DNA from: Callorhinchus milii
Lineage: Eukaryota
Length of the DNA stretch: 64,000 bases
Reading direction: 5' to 3'
Assembly (NCBI RefSeq): GCF_018977255.1
Contig: NW_024704744.1
Span: 42,780,001 to 42,844,000, forward strand
A program made the position numbers and the translations under genes. The first letter of the stretch is position 1. Every line of letters starts with the position of its first letter. Positions 13,730 to 26,135 of the stretch are shown piece by piece. Under the pieces are notes generated by a model, which did not search any database, had not been told where the DNA came from, and was given only the letters and a program-made list of their open reading frames with translations.

Positions 13730-16149
13730 CGGAGGACTCATGTCTATGGAGCCACCGCATATAGTCACTGAGCTTTTTCCCTTCAAGTGACGATATATCA
13801 GAAGTATACTGTATTAGAACAAGTCATATTGTAGAAAGTCTTTTCAAAAGACACTTTTTATCTCATTAATTTATTGATAAAATTGGACAGAATTTGATTT
13901 AGTAATCCTTCACAACTCTGCAATTTTTTTAAAATACAGTACATGTGAGCTAGCTAAATTGGCAGTAGAATTCTATAATTAAGGTAATGGTTAATAAATC
14001 CACGAATGTCATACTGAATGGAAACAAAAATGGCATATCCATCCAATAAATGACCCATTTCAGAGCTTTAACACAGTGAAGTGGCAGTGCTAGCAAATAC
14101 CTTGACAGAAAACGGGAGAGTACACTGCTAGACTTGAATGAGTCTTTATGGAGCTTTTGCCCTGACCCATCTTGGTTCTAAATCTTCTCAATGTGTAACC
14201 TTTCCACAATGTGTGCAGCCACAGCAATCTCTTCAGGTCAGGGTTTAATGGGGGTAATGTAAGCTCCTACAAGATTTACTATTCATTACGCTGTAAACAG
14301 AGGTTGAAAGATACAATTCCCCCTCTTTAAAAAAGACAATCCAAGTTTGCCTTTAAAAGAGCTATTTAAACGAGGTAGTCGATTTCTGTAATAATGAAGA
14401 AGGTGAGTGGAGGGTTAGATTAGTGAGTTGTGCAGCACCAAAGCAACAAAGCCTAGTTTGTCCTGGATTTGAATTCTTACAGGGTTTCAGTAGAATTTAT
14501 TTAAAAACATTTTAACAAGCTCACTAAAGGATCTAGCTCTTGTGCCCATTTCTGTTCTTTCTCACACAGCATCTTGAAGCAACTCTGGGAGGTTTGCTGC
14601 ACTACACCAGGATGACAGTATGGACTGCCTGGTCAGCTTTGGTGACAATAGGAAGTTTATTAGTTTCACCCACAAAATATAGTTAATCCACTTGACAGTA
14701 TATTCTTTGAAACATCGGCAACATAATAAGGCACTATATCAATTGCAAGGATTATTGAGATTCAAGCCTTCATTAGTCTGTGCTCAAAATGTGTGATAGA
14801 TGAGCTGACAAGCCAGCACTTGCCTCCATGCTAAGCCACGGGTTAATGTGGGGTGGCCATGTTCCAGGCAACCAGTCCCTGGAGCCTTAAGGAACAGCCA
14901 GAGATTGAAGTTAACAAGGTTTCGCCTGCCTCTTTGATTGGACAAACACCTATGGGATATCAAAGTCAGTAATACAGTTATACTTGAGCTGGAAACCTCT
15001 CGAGTGTGTTCCCTAAGGACAGCAAGTCCAAGATCAGACTATCAGGTAACCCCCAACTGTGCACACGCGAAAGTGCAGGTGCCAGTTGCGTGTGTAAAAA
15101 TCATCCAATCACAGTGAACTCCGCCGCCCACGACAGCCACTCCCCCAACTAAGGTATAAACTGCTCACATTAACCCTCAACGGTCATATTATGTAGATTT
15201 ATGCCAGTTCTTTAAATATATTACCATACACTTACACCGTGAGCACCGAATCAAAAATGAATGTCAAATGAAATGAAACATGCAAATCCATCCCGGGATT
15301 CAGAGAAAACCCAGTCCACTGACATGGAAAAAGCACAGAGCTCGCAACTCAGTTTCCACACACTATACAGAGGTTTGTGAGAATATGGCCCAAACACTAA
15401 ACATTCTGATCTGAACCGTGAATTAATACATCCAAACCCGATTGCCTTCGGACTATACAAATGACCAACTTGATGCACCATTAACCCGTTCCCGGTTTAC
15501 ACCTCTTGCTGAGTGAGGCATTGTATTCTTTTAAAAAAAAACGGATGAAAGGGCTGCAGAGTGCATCGCTCAGTATCCTTCAGATCAGTTGACGAGATGA
15601 TCCAATTCGGCCGGTTTCATTTTTAAAAACAGCTCAGCTCGGCTCCGAGAGGGCGCAGCTCCCGTCCGTATTTCATAACACAATTTGAACGGCTGCTTTA
15701 AATCGCTCGCCAGATCACTTGAAAGCCCTTCACCAACGGAAGTGACCATGTTTCCCACCCCCTCCAAAAACTATCCACCCGAAAAGCATTACAGCCCAGT
15801 CTCAAGAGCAGCCACATTCCCTCAAACACAAAGGTAATGAGAAGACAATTTTCCCCAAACCCAAGCGGATAAAGCGATGGTCCCTCGGGGAACAGTCTGA
15901 GCCTCCCACTGGGTGGGGAGCGGGGGGGGAGGGGGAGAGACAGAGAGAAATAATGCAGCAATTGCAGACTTCACGCCCTATCGATGCACAAGAAATGACT
16001 TGAGCTTCATGCACCAGTTCGCCTCACACCCAGACAGCTGCCACTCAGTCTCTGCACCCCCTTCCTTCACCTCCTCTCTGCCGCTCCCTCTCCCCCACCC
16101 AAAACCACGCCCCTCCCCCCCCTCACCCCTCTTTCTCTCCCCCCCCCCC

Positions 16150-16930
16150 CCGGGGGTATATGTGAAGACATTTACTGACCTGTGGTGAGTCTCGGGCCCA
16201 CCTCCCCGAAGGGTGAAGGCTCCATCTTGAGATATTTCTGCGGGGAGGCGGCGGCCTGGCTCAGGGGCGTGCACCGCCTCCTCTTGGGGGACTGGGAGGA
16301 CGGGCTCATCAGAGGGTCGAAATCGATAGTCCTTTTCAGGGTGGCTCCACAGGCCATGGCGACGGTGGGCGGGTGAGTGCGGGTCGAGGGGCTCTGGTGC
16401 GGTCAGGAAAGGAGCGAGTCCCGGGGTCGAGCTCGTCTCACACAGGCGTCGCCGGCTCCGACACGGGAGGCTCTCCGTAGGGTTTCAGTCGCCGGCTCCG
16501 CGTCTCTCGGCTTCTCTCTCCCGCTGGGACCGCTCTGTCCCTGTAATACCCCCCTCGGTCGATGCCCTAACTCGCCGCGGTGGTGCCTGCGCGGAGCTCG
16601 GAGCGGTCCTCTCCCGATTAACGAGCCGATGGAGTCGGATTGCTCTTCTCCCCCTCCGCCGCCTGAACCCTCGCACCGTTATGGCGGACCCGGCCACAAT
16701 AAACAACGCCAGCCTCGCTCCCGTCCCACGACACGCCCCCTCCGCCCGCACCGCGCATGCGCGGGACCGGCCGGGCCCGCGCGGCGCACTCTGGGGGCTG
16801 CAGTTCCCTCGTGCGCTTCAGCAGCGGGAGGCGGCGGGCGGGCAAACTACGCTTCCCAGGGCGCCCCGCGGCGACTTCCGATTGCTGAATTTGAACTCTT
16901 CCCACTCGCCCCCACTCATTGGTGAATTCA
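16150..16930 (-). promoter_or_regulatory. CpG-island promoter and 5' UTR of AKIRIN2
   Basis: The only strongly GC- and CpG-rich segment in the window. Contains an NRF1 palindrome GCGCATGCGC (16753-16762), a ZNF143/THAP11-type ACTACGCTTCCCA (16846-16858), an ETS ACTTCCG (16874-16880), several GC boxes, a YY1-like ATGGCGG (16681) and ATTGG near 16918. Confidence 0.85.
16180..16357 (-). CDS. AKIRIN2: Akirin-2 coding exon 1 (178 nt)
   Basis: Translates [59 protein letters not shown], the Akirin-2 N-terminus with the PKRRRC nuclear localisation motif. Kozak context gccATGG; phase-1 donor G|gtcagt. Confidence 0.97.
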
Positions 16931-18135
16931 AGTACTAACAAGGCTCCAGCAATGGGTGAGAATCAATGAGAGCAGCTCCAACAGGCACTGGTGCAGCCCT
17001 TTAAAGACATCATCCACTCCAAGGGGCTTTAAACAGATGAGGAAATGGTTGCGATTCCCCCCCCCCACCCCCACCCCACACACCCCGCAGCTCAGCGTTA
17101 TGACAAGAGGTTTCTTGGTGAAAAACCCACTCTTGTTTCTCGAAAAAAAAATGCGATTCTGTAACTTAAGAGTTTCAAGAACTTCCAGAAAAAAAATGTC
17201 ATTTGCACCAGAGAGTTTTTTAACAGCTGACTGGCCATCTTTGTTTGCAGGCTGATGGGGGAGTGAGATTTTCTGAGTACAAAAGGGGAAATGGTTACCA
17301 GCCTATTTATTTAAGTGTAATGAATATATAAATATATAAAAAAGATGCAGTACGTGACATTTTTCAGCAAAAAAAGGGTAGGAGGGTAGAAGCGTGAGGG
17401 TGGCCAAGGTGTGGTCGATGAGGAGGGTGAAAGGATGGAGGCAGAGGGATCGAAGGCCTGACCACCGCACCTACATTTGCAATGTCCTCTGCGATGCCAC
17501 TGCACCCTAACTGACCGCCACGGTTTCATGTGTCATGCCCTCCGCAGTATCTCCTTGACCGCTTTGTGTCCCTATCTAAGACCCTTCTAATTAACCCATC
17601 ACTTTGATGCCTTTGGTCATCTCCCTCCCACCCCCTATCTCCCACCTCGCTGACATTTCTCTATGAAGTGCTTTGAGACGTTATCCTACATGAAAGATGC
17701 AATCAAAGTGCAACTTGTTGTTGAATGTCCTTGGACTGCATTGTATACTAGTGCTTTTTATATCTATGTTACAATAGAAAAGGTCTTTCAGAATATCCAC
17801 TGTTATTGTGCTGTGAGAGCTTCAAATAAAAAGTAATTTGTCTTCTATGATCTGAAAATGCATTCCACTATAAAGTAGCATTGCTTGTAGGATCTGACAA
17901 CTGTTTTTAAAAGGTTTCTTTACCCCAATCTCTTGGAAAACGGAAGTATTACTAGCTTACACAGCTTTATTCCAGTTAGACCAGCAATCAAATAAATAAA
18001 GTCAGAAGCGGGTCAAAGAATTATGGAACTAGGAAATTAGTCTAAAGTTGAAGAGCTGATTCAAAAGGGAGAATTCTTGAATATAAAGATTGACTTAAAA
18101 ACGTGACACTTTATTGTCATACACTGTTTAATTGT

Positions 18136-19166
18136 AGTGTCAGCCCTTCACCTAGGATTCGCAATAACATTTAGTAAGAAAATTCAAAGCGCAGAATTTG
18201 TCCTTTGCGATGCCGCTGCACCCCAACCTTGACTTATCTTTCAGAAACTTATTTTTTTTTCAAAAAAGTTTCAACAAAGCAACTGAGCAGGGTAGATATA
18301 TATAAAAAAAAGTGTGTTGTATTTAAGAACGTTCTTGGCCACTTCCTGATCAGGGCTTGATTTAAAAATAAAGATCATACCTGACTCTTGGCTATGTGTT
18401 TGCATATGTGCAAAATGAATGGTGATCAATTGGACCATCACATGTATCTAGTCAAATTGACAATGGAATAGGGTCGCTTCATCATTTCTAGTCTTGTCAG
18501 TCAAAATCTTTCATATTGAGCAGTATTGAAAATTTAATGGCTATTTACGAATATACATTTTTTGGTGAATTTTGTTTGCATCAAAATGAGGGATTTCGTG
18601 CACAAAATAGAACACCTTTCCCTTATGGACAGGTCAGGTAAATCATGGTCATTAGATGACAAACTAAATTGTTCATCTCTACCTATTAAATCTCCCTGTG
18701 CTTTGTTATGAGAACAAATTGCCAAGGTACATTTTCTGATATAAGATGGTTATTACTGTATTTAGGTTCAAATGACATCTTATATTTTTAATACTGCTCA
18801 ATGTGAAAGATTTTGACTGACAACATTAGACTACTCATACTGTTTTAAATCAAATTCAATTTGAATAAACATCGAAGAGTTTGGTATAAGTATAATGAAT
18901 CACAATTTACCCTGATGTAAAGTACACCACAACTGCTTAGGATGGATACTTTTTATTTTTTGCTTTTCTAAAGCACTACTTCAGTGTATATGTTTCAATT
19001 AAATGCAAGGATTATCATTAATATTATTCACCTTAAACACTGGTTTATTAGGATATGATTATGGTAACGGTGAAGGTGAGAGGGGTGAGAGAGTGTTGTC
19101 TGAAATTCTGTGCTTTGAATTTTCTTACTAAATGTTATTGCGAAACCTAGGTGAAGGGCTGACACT
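18136..19166. repeat. Concentric inverted repeats (foldback or MITE-like)
   Basis: Outer arms 18136-18199 and 19103-19166 (62/64 complementary); inner arms about 18494-18532 and 18785-18823 (2 mismatches). Confidence 0.9.
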
Positions 19167-20429
19167 CCCAAAATTCAATGGGATAGGTGAGAGAAGGAGA
19201 GGATGAAACAACTAAAGAAACAGAGGTCAGGTGAATGTCCAAGTGTGAACTTTTAAAAAGCTCCACTGCAGATCAGGCAGACTGAGACAGGTTAGCTGTC
19301 CTCCAATTTTCAGACCTTGAGAAAGAATAAGCTAGAATGAAATACATCTTGATTTCATCAAAGTGAGGAATAATGATATAATGAAAAAAGACACCAATCT
19401 TCTATTTTGATGTTTATTGTAATATTTTCCCATTTATTGATCAAGTGTTGGACCACAAAGAAAAAATGCTGTTACACTATAATTACAAATAGTGTGAATG
19501 AATGATCCTCCTCCTCACCCCATGACATCACACCTCTGTACACTTGTGCTCTGACAGCAACGCTGAAATAAAATGTGCTTTTCACTCCGTGTTTCTCCCC
19601 TTTCTTTCCATTCCTCTCTCGAAGGCATTGACTCAAGCTTGGATATTGTTCCACGGGGACCAGAAAGCATCTGTGCCTTGCGCCCAAGTTTTCATTCTTC
19701 ACTTTGTGAGTGCAGACAGTGTATGTTAACAGGCTAATAGTAGGGGATTGGGAACATCACAAATGAGGCTAATTCCAGTCAAAATATACAGTCAATTTGC
19801 TTTACAGTATATTCTGTGAAGCGCTTTGAGGGATCTTGAAGACATGAGAAGGTGCTATATCAAATACAAGGATTATTATTGAATGGCAGTGAAAAGTGGG
19901 ATGACTTCTCACTTCCCTTAAGGCACTGGGGCCAATTACAGCTACTCCCAACATTGCCCTGAGATCAATTAACTCAGCACAGGCTAAGGATTAAATCTGG
20001 GGTCTCCAGTCTCCATGGCTCACTGGGACACCACATGGTGCATTTGCCAACTGAATAATGAAAGGCCCAATTTTTTAATGTAAGATCATATCTCAATGGA
20101 CTTCCCACTTGGCTGATCTAACCTTTAGATTGAAATGGAAAATTGCACCCATTCTTAAGGGTCATTTGGCTAGTAGATGGTCATGGCAGCAAATTAAAAT
20201 GTGAAACAAGCAGTCAGGTCCAGCATATCGCATTGCCTTTAAGACCGTGCAGAATTTTAGAAAATTCAAAAATGTAGTCCTAATTTAGAAGCAATTTTTC
20301 CGTACGTTTTTCAAGAACTCTGGAGAATGAGTTTTCCAACTGATGGTCTTTATTGGGGGAACTGGGGACTGAGCTATTGAGAGCAGTAACCCCATGTTTT
20401 AAGTAGTTCTTTGTCCCTTATTTCAGCAT

Positions 20430-20530
20430 AAACCTATTGGATCGCTCACTATGAACACGGTCTCCATGGTAACCCACATCATGACATCAGGTTATATTAT
20501 GATGTGTGATGGTCTCCATAGTAACTTAGC
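20430..20530 (+). promoter_or_regulatory. Putative SPACA1 proximal promoter with two RFX X-boxes and a CRE-like site
   Basis: GTCTCCATGGTAAC (20460-20473) and GTCTCCATAGTAAC (20512-20525) fit the X-box consensus GTNRCC(N0-3)RGYAAC with one mismatch each. TGACATCA at 20482-20489; ATTGG at 20436-20440. The X-boxes lie about 150-210 bp upstream of the ATG. Confidence 0.6.
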
Positions 20531-20671
20531 AATCTATTTCTTCTCCCTCCCCCCACTCCCCATTTCACATGGTGCCAAACTCTCACCGCATACTAAAGAA
20601 ATGGCAATTTATGGTGTCTGGCTTCCTCATTGACGAACTTCCAGCACGTTCATGGTTTGTCCTTGCGGGCA

Positions 20672-20774
20672 ATGTCACTGAATTATAAAATCATCTTAAG
20701 TGGTTTTCTGTTATTCTTCCTCTCCCCTGCTGGCGCAAACGACCCGGAGTCACCACAAAACAAGACAAATTCAA
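20672..20774 (+). CDS. SPACA1: SPACA1-like coding exon 1 (signal peptide, 103 nt)
   Basis: MSLNYKIILSGFLLFFLSPAGA-NDPESPQNKTNS has a basic n-region, hydrophobic core and A-G-A cleavage motif. Strong donor AA|gtaagt in phase 1, compatible with the next exon. Assigned by structure and phase, not by strong homology. Confidence 0.72.
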
Positions 20775-21904
20775 GTAAGTTCATTCACGCCGATTGCTAA
20801 TATGGTAATAAAGTTTCATTTAGTGGACATTACTACCAATTATTTAACATTAAAATATATAAAAGCAAAATAAATGCGAATGAGCTATAAGAACTGGGTT
20901 TCATATACTATTACAAGGCGTAGAATGTTCTTCTTTAGAGTGTAGAAAGTTTACAATGTTCAGAATAACCAAAGCAGCAAGGTGCTCAAACATATATGAT
21001 AAAAAAATTGTAATGCAAAATGAAGGCCATGTGATTTGAAACTATCCCAAAGGTGCAAGAAAATGCAGTTATATGCGTATTCCTCCTCCCTGTTCCAAAG
21101 CACTAATTTCATTTGCAAACAGATTTGGGAACTTCTAGAAAAATAAAATCATAGAATGTTTACAGCATGTCGGAAGCCATTCATTCCATTCTACCTGTGC
21201 TGGTACCAGCTCTCTGCTGGAGCCATCCTATCTCATTGAGGCATTCTGCAAGCTTCTCAATGTATGCATAGAATTACAGGTACATAGTATGATACAGCAC
21301 TTAAATAGGCCATGTGGCCCGATTATTCTATAAGTAACGTATAACACATTTGCCATGCTGTTGTTGAGGCAGAAACTATAAATTCTTCTAAAAGGGTAAT
21401 AGATGCTTAAAACAAGATAAATATTTAACAGTTTGTTTTGTGAGTAGGAGAGAATGATTAGATTAGATCCCTCATGTATAGAAAATCATACAGGCTTGAT
21501 GGGCCAAATGGCCTGTTTCTTTTACTGCAAAACTCTATATTTTATGAGAACAAGACCAAACATGAACATTTTGTCAAATGCAAATTAATTAAAAGTATAT
21601 TTATGGATTCAAACAATCCTTGTTCCTTCTCCGCCAAGATAGGAAAGCCAGATACTGTATAGCCAAATCCAGACCTTGCACAAAATACAAGTCAAGTTCT
21701 ACCAACAGTAAGGTCCATTAAAGATTTTGTATCCTATAGAACTGATCATAATTGGGTGCCCCTTGATGCATCATTCTGCTCTCGGTTACAGTTCTAATAA
21801 AGTGAGGCAAAACTAACAAGCAGTAATTTTAAGAAAAAGATTCTTCTCTCCCCAAAAACGGATTGCAGTGTAAAACACAATTCTCATTATTCGGTAATAA
21901 CTGG

Positions 21905-22608
21905 CCACAACTGGCACCGCCTTCCATCACCTCCGGAATGTCACCAGACTACGGCACTACCTCACCCCTCACGTTGCTGAAACTCTGGTCCACGCCTTCA
22001 TCACCTCAAGGCTGGACTATGGGAACTCTCTCCTCGCCGGCCTTCCCGGCACCTCCCTCCACAAGCTGCAGGTCATTCAGAACTCTGCAGCTCGTGTACT
22101 GTCCCGCACCAGGACCACATCACTCCCACCCTCGCTCGCCTCCACTGGCTCCCCATCCCCCAGAGGATTGATTTCAAGATCCTCATCCTCACCTACAAGG
22201 CCATTCACGGCCTTGGTCTCTCCTACCTCTCCGACCTACTATCCCCCTACCTACCCGCCCGTACCCTCCGTTCCTCTGACTCCGGTCTACTCCACGTCCC
22301 CCGCCCCAACCGCCCTACCATCGGTGGCCGGGCCTTCAGCCTCTCAGCCCCGAGGCTCTGGAACTCTATCGCCCAGTGCCTTCGCCGCCTCCTTCCTTTC
22401 CTCCTTCAAGGCCGGTCTCAAGACCTTTCTCTTCAACCGTGCCTTCAGCTCCCCTCTCAACTCTCTACCCCCTCCTCGCTCCCTCCCTTCCCTCCCCTCA
22501 CCCTGACCATTTCCCCCCTGCTCGGGTCCTGACCCAACTGTACAGCGCCTTGGGACATCCTCCCGACGTGAAAGGCGCTCAATAAATGGAATCTTGTTGT
22601 TGTTGTTG
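21905..22608 (+). mobile_element. L2-clade LINE 3' fragment (copy at ~54497-55184)
   Basis: Encodes LVHAFITSRLDYGNSLL...LQVIQNSAARV...LHWLP-type residues; C-rich 3' UTR and (TTG)n tail. Confidence 0.88.
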
Positions 22609-22677
22609 TATTCTTCGATCAGATAGTGAGTGTGATTTAGCCAGCTATTTTTGTTTTTAAAATTGTTTTTAAAGAAA

Positions 22678-22994
22678 GAGTGCAGTAATAATAATAATAA
22701 TCCTTGCATTCGATATAGTGCTTTTCACATCTTCTCGAAGTCTCAAAGCGCTTCACAAAATAGACTGTAAAGTGAATTGACCATATATTTGTGGGCGAAA
22801 CGCGGCAGCCAATTGCGCACAGCAATGTCCCACAAACAGTCGTGGATTGAAAATGACCAATTTATTATTGTTTTGTTTTGGAGGATTATTATTAGGTGTG
22901 TGGAGTAAGGAAACTTGCCCAAGGTTTCGCCCGGCCTGGAATTGAACCCAGGTGTCTCGCTTGCAAGGCGAGTGCTCTAACCACTGAACTACAG
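22678..22994 (-). mobile_element. tRNA-derived SINE with TGC anticodon-like loop (other copies ~27415-27800, 50165-50310, 53070-53279, 59975-60355 on +; 55255-55563 on -)
   Basis: Head gtagttcagtggttagagcactcgccttgcaagcgag...ggttcaattcc with A and B boxes, then aaaccttgggcaagtttccttactcc, and a 3' tail shared with the Deu-SINEs. Confidence 0.8.
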
Positions 22995-25900
22995 TATTCT
23001 TCTTCTCCCCCTTCTCCCAAATTCAATGAATCAAAGTTTTAAATCACTAACAAAATCAGTTTAAGAAAATCTTCCCAGCAACAATCACTGAAATGATTCG
23101 CTTTAATGTTTTCATCAGCCCAAGTTAGTCGATATGTGAATGTGGAATATACTACTGAGGGAGACAATGGGAGGTAGATGTGTCAGAAGAGGATTAAATA
23201 GCTGTTTGGTGAAGAAATAAAAAGAATGTTCCTGCATTTGAGATCTAATTTTTTCCGTCAGGAGGACGCCTTAAAGTACTTCACAGGATACACTGTGAAG
23301 TGTAGTGACTGTGTAATTTGTAGGCAAAATCAATTGAAGAGGAATGCTAGTTAGAAAAGTATAGGATTTTGTTGACTGGCTGCCTAGCCAGAGCACTCTG
23401 TGTCACATGGTGTATAGCTGTCTCATTGTAGGACAAGTTACAGTTACAATTTGGTCCCTCTCCCCCCCATCACTGTACTTCCTTCAGGGAAAAAAACCTT
23501 TTTTTCATAACAGATTGCCCTACCCACTGTCTTTGTTCTCTCCCTCAGACTCCAGGTCCTGTCCAGGGTTCATTTCTTTCCTGATTGCTATTGGGAGGAT
23601 GGGATGGCTCCTGTCACTATGCCTGCTTTTGTCTGACTACGTTGTGGATGAGTTAGCTAAGGTGACTGGGAGGACTGAAATCTCCCATCTGGTGTGCATT
23701 TAAGGACCCTAATGGCCCCTATGTTTTTTATATAATTCCACAATTATCCATTATCTATTCCCACAAGGTTAGATTGTGTTTTAAATGAGGAGCAGTCATT
23801 GCAGGATACAGCGAATCCTCTCTATATGAGGCTCTATATGTCAAGTTGAATTGTACTGCAGTTTGCTAGCAGATCGAGAGGAGGATATGATTGAGGTTTT
23901 TTTTAAATGCTAAGAAGCATGGATAATGCAGATGTGAGCAGACCAGTTGTTTTGAACTTTGATCACAGAACTGGAGTATAAGAGTATTAACGAGCAAGCC
24001 TCAAATGAGACCAGAAAGTAGATCTTTTCGCCCCACAGACAGGTGAACATATATAATAGATTCCCAGCAAAAGCAATTCATAGTGTTTCTTTGAAAAGAG
24101 CTGGATAAACATCTGTTTTAGCATAGGATTGAAGATTGCACAGATAAGGAAATGCTCCATGGAACACATACACTGCTGGGACCATGGATGAGTAAATCAA
24201 GGAATGCAGAATTGTGAGTGTAGATCTTAAAATTGGATTAATATTCTGAGTTTTGCTGTTTACACCGAAGGGGTTAGGAAAAAATTCTGCAGTACCGCAA
24301 TCTCTCTCTTGTCCTGTGCATTGCAGACTAATGATATAGGCCATATTTTAGCTTCCTAAATTTTACAGAGATGCTGCTGTAAAATGTAATATTTCTTACT
24401 GAAATTTGAAAAGGTGGGATATATGCTGAGTACCCACCTTCTATGGATCGGTTAAAAACGTTCCCTCCAAGCTATCCTATAAAACACGACAGAAGTCTAT
24501 TAATGTTTTTTTGCTGACACAGTAGTACTGAAAATACCGGTCTGTGACAATAACAAGAAGGAAAAAAAAAGCTGTAAATACAGGATATGGCCTCTTCCTC
24601 TTCAGTGTCATGTTATGTTGCTTCACTGAAGTCATTCTAAAATTCCCTTCTTTCCTCTGTGTATGCGTTGTGTGGGTGTGTATGTGCTGTGCAGCTGTGT
24701 ACACATTGGCGTGCATTATAGCATTTTCTCACACTTTAATTTGGTCACAAGACTAAGTGGATCCAAACGCCCACACAACTTGTTCTCATTCACTTACTAG
24801 TATATGGCAATTATATATCTGGATCAGCACTTCTCCCACATTACTAACATTGTGCATATAGTTTGGAAGTGTGGACAAGTGCACTGGGGCAAATGTCAAC
24901 CTTGAAAATGGCATTCGTAGGAATATGAATGTTTCTGGTAGATGTGTTGCTCCTAGTTAAGTACAGATTCTCCTTAACAGTCAGAAATTTGCATGGAAAA
25001 GAATAAAAGGAATTACTTAAAACATCCCCCCCAAAAAATATATATATTTAGGCACAAATAAGTGCTGCTAATAATTGAAAACAAACACAGTTAGTGCATT
25101 GGTAAGTACAACTAATGAAAATTGTAGGTGCTGAGCTTGATACAAAAATAATCTAACATAAACGAGAACGTTGAAAATACTAAATCCGTGCAAGGGTGTA
25201 TTTAAGAGGCAGAACAAGCACTCATGCTTGATCAATGCATAATACTGACTGAGCTCCCCCTGGATCCCTAATTTGTCATAAGTCAAACGTTCACATGTGT
25301 GTGCACTCACAGCTGTTGTTTGTTAAATTGTTTGTATCACAAGCGATGGGCATTGCAGCCAACTGCATTCCTCTATTATAAGGAAAAACGTCAAAATATC
25401 CACAAAAACATAATGGGAGCAATCGTAAAGTTACCAACCCCTGATAGGTAAATGTGACATTGAGCCTTTGAGCTCACAATCTTGGGCCGACACCCCATGT
25501 CAGCACTGCATGCTGCACTGCATATAGGTGCAGACCTTCAGATGGGACATTACACTGAGACTTGACAGTTCAAGAAATAATAAAGATCTCAAGGCACTAT
25601 TTCAAAGAGGAACAGGATGTCTTGACCAATATTTCTAATTCACTAAAAATAGTCCTTAAAGACACTGCTGTCTTTAAAATGTCGGGATAGCACATTAGCG
25701 TCTGCTTTTACAAAAAACAATAGTCACTACATTTCAAAGTAACTCAGTGTGAACTGTTTTCGGACATTTTCCTGTGTTAAGGTCCTGTATAATGGGATGG
25801 AGGTGCCCACATGAGGGAAATGAGGCAGAAGAGAAAATAAGTTGCAGCAATATTTATTTTACGGAAATTCCAGTGGTAATTCAATGGCCCGTGTAAGTGA

Positions 25901-26072
25901 ATGAGAATAAACCATTACTTTAAATGTTATGCAAGTTGTCATAAACCATTAAACTCACTTCAGCATTAGTATGTCATCTGAGATTCAAAGGTAAAAAAGT
26001 ATAATGGTAAGTTTGACACTTGGTTTACTTGTAGTCTAAAAAATAATTTCAAATTAAAATATTTTGTTTTAG

Positions 26073-26135
26073 ATGCCACAGCAGACTTTGATGCTGAAGA
26101 ATTTGAGGAGACAGGACCCTGTTCAGTAACATGTG
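26073..26135 (+). CDS. SPACA1: SPACA1-like coding exon 2 (63 nt)
   Basis: Acceptor attttgttttag|; (N)ATADFDAEEFEETGPCSVTC(G); donor G|gtaaat. Matches the mammalian SPACA1 ...EFGMCTVTCG segment as I recall it. Confidence 0.85.

Noticed and set aside
16377-16925. 182-aa plus-strand ORF and other overlapping ORFs in the CpG island
   Set aside because: Pro/Arg/Ala/Gly-rich with no recognisable domain. Long stop-free frames are expected in GC-rich promoter DNA.
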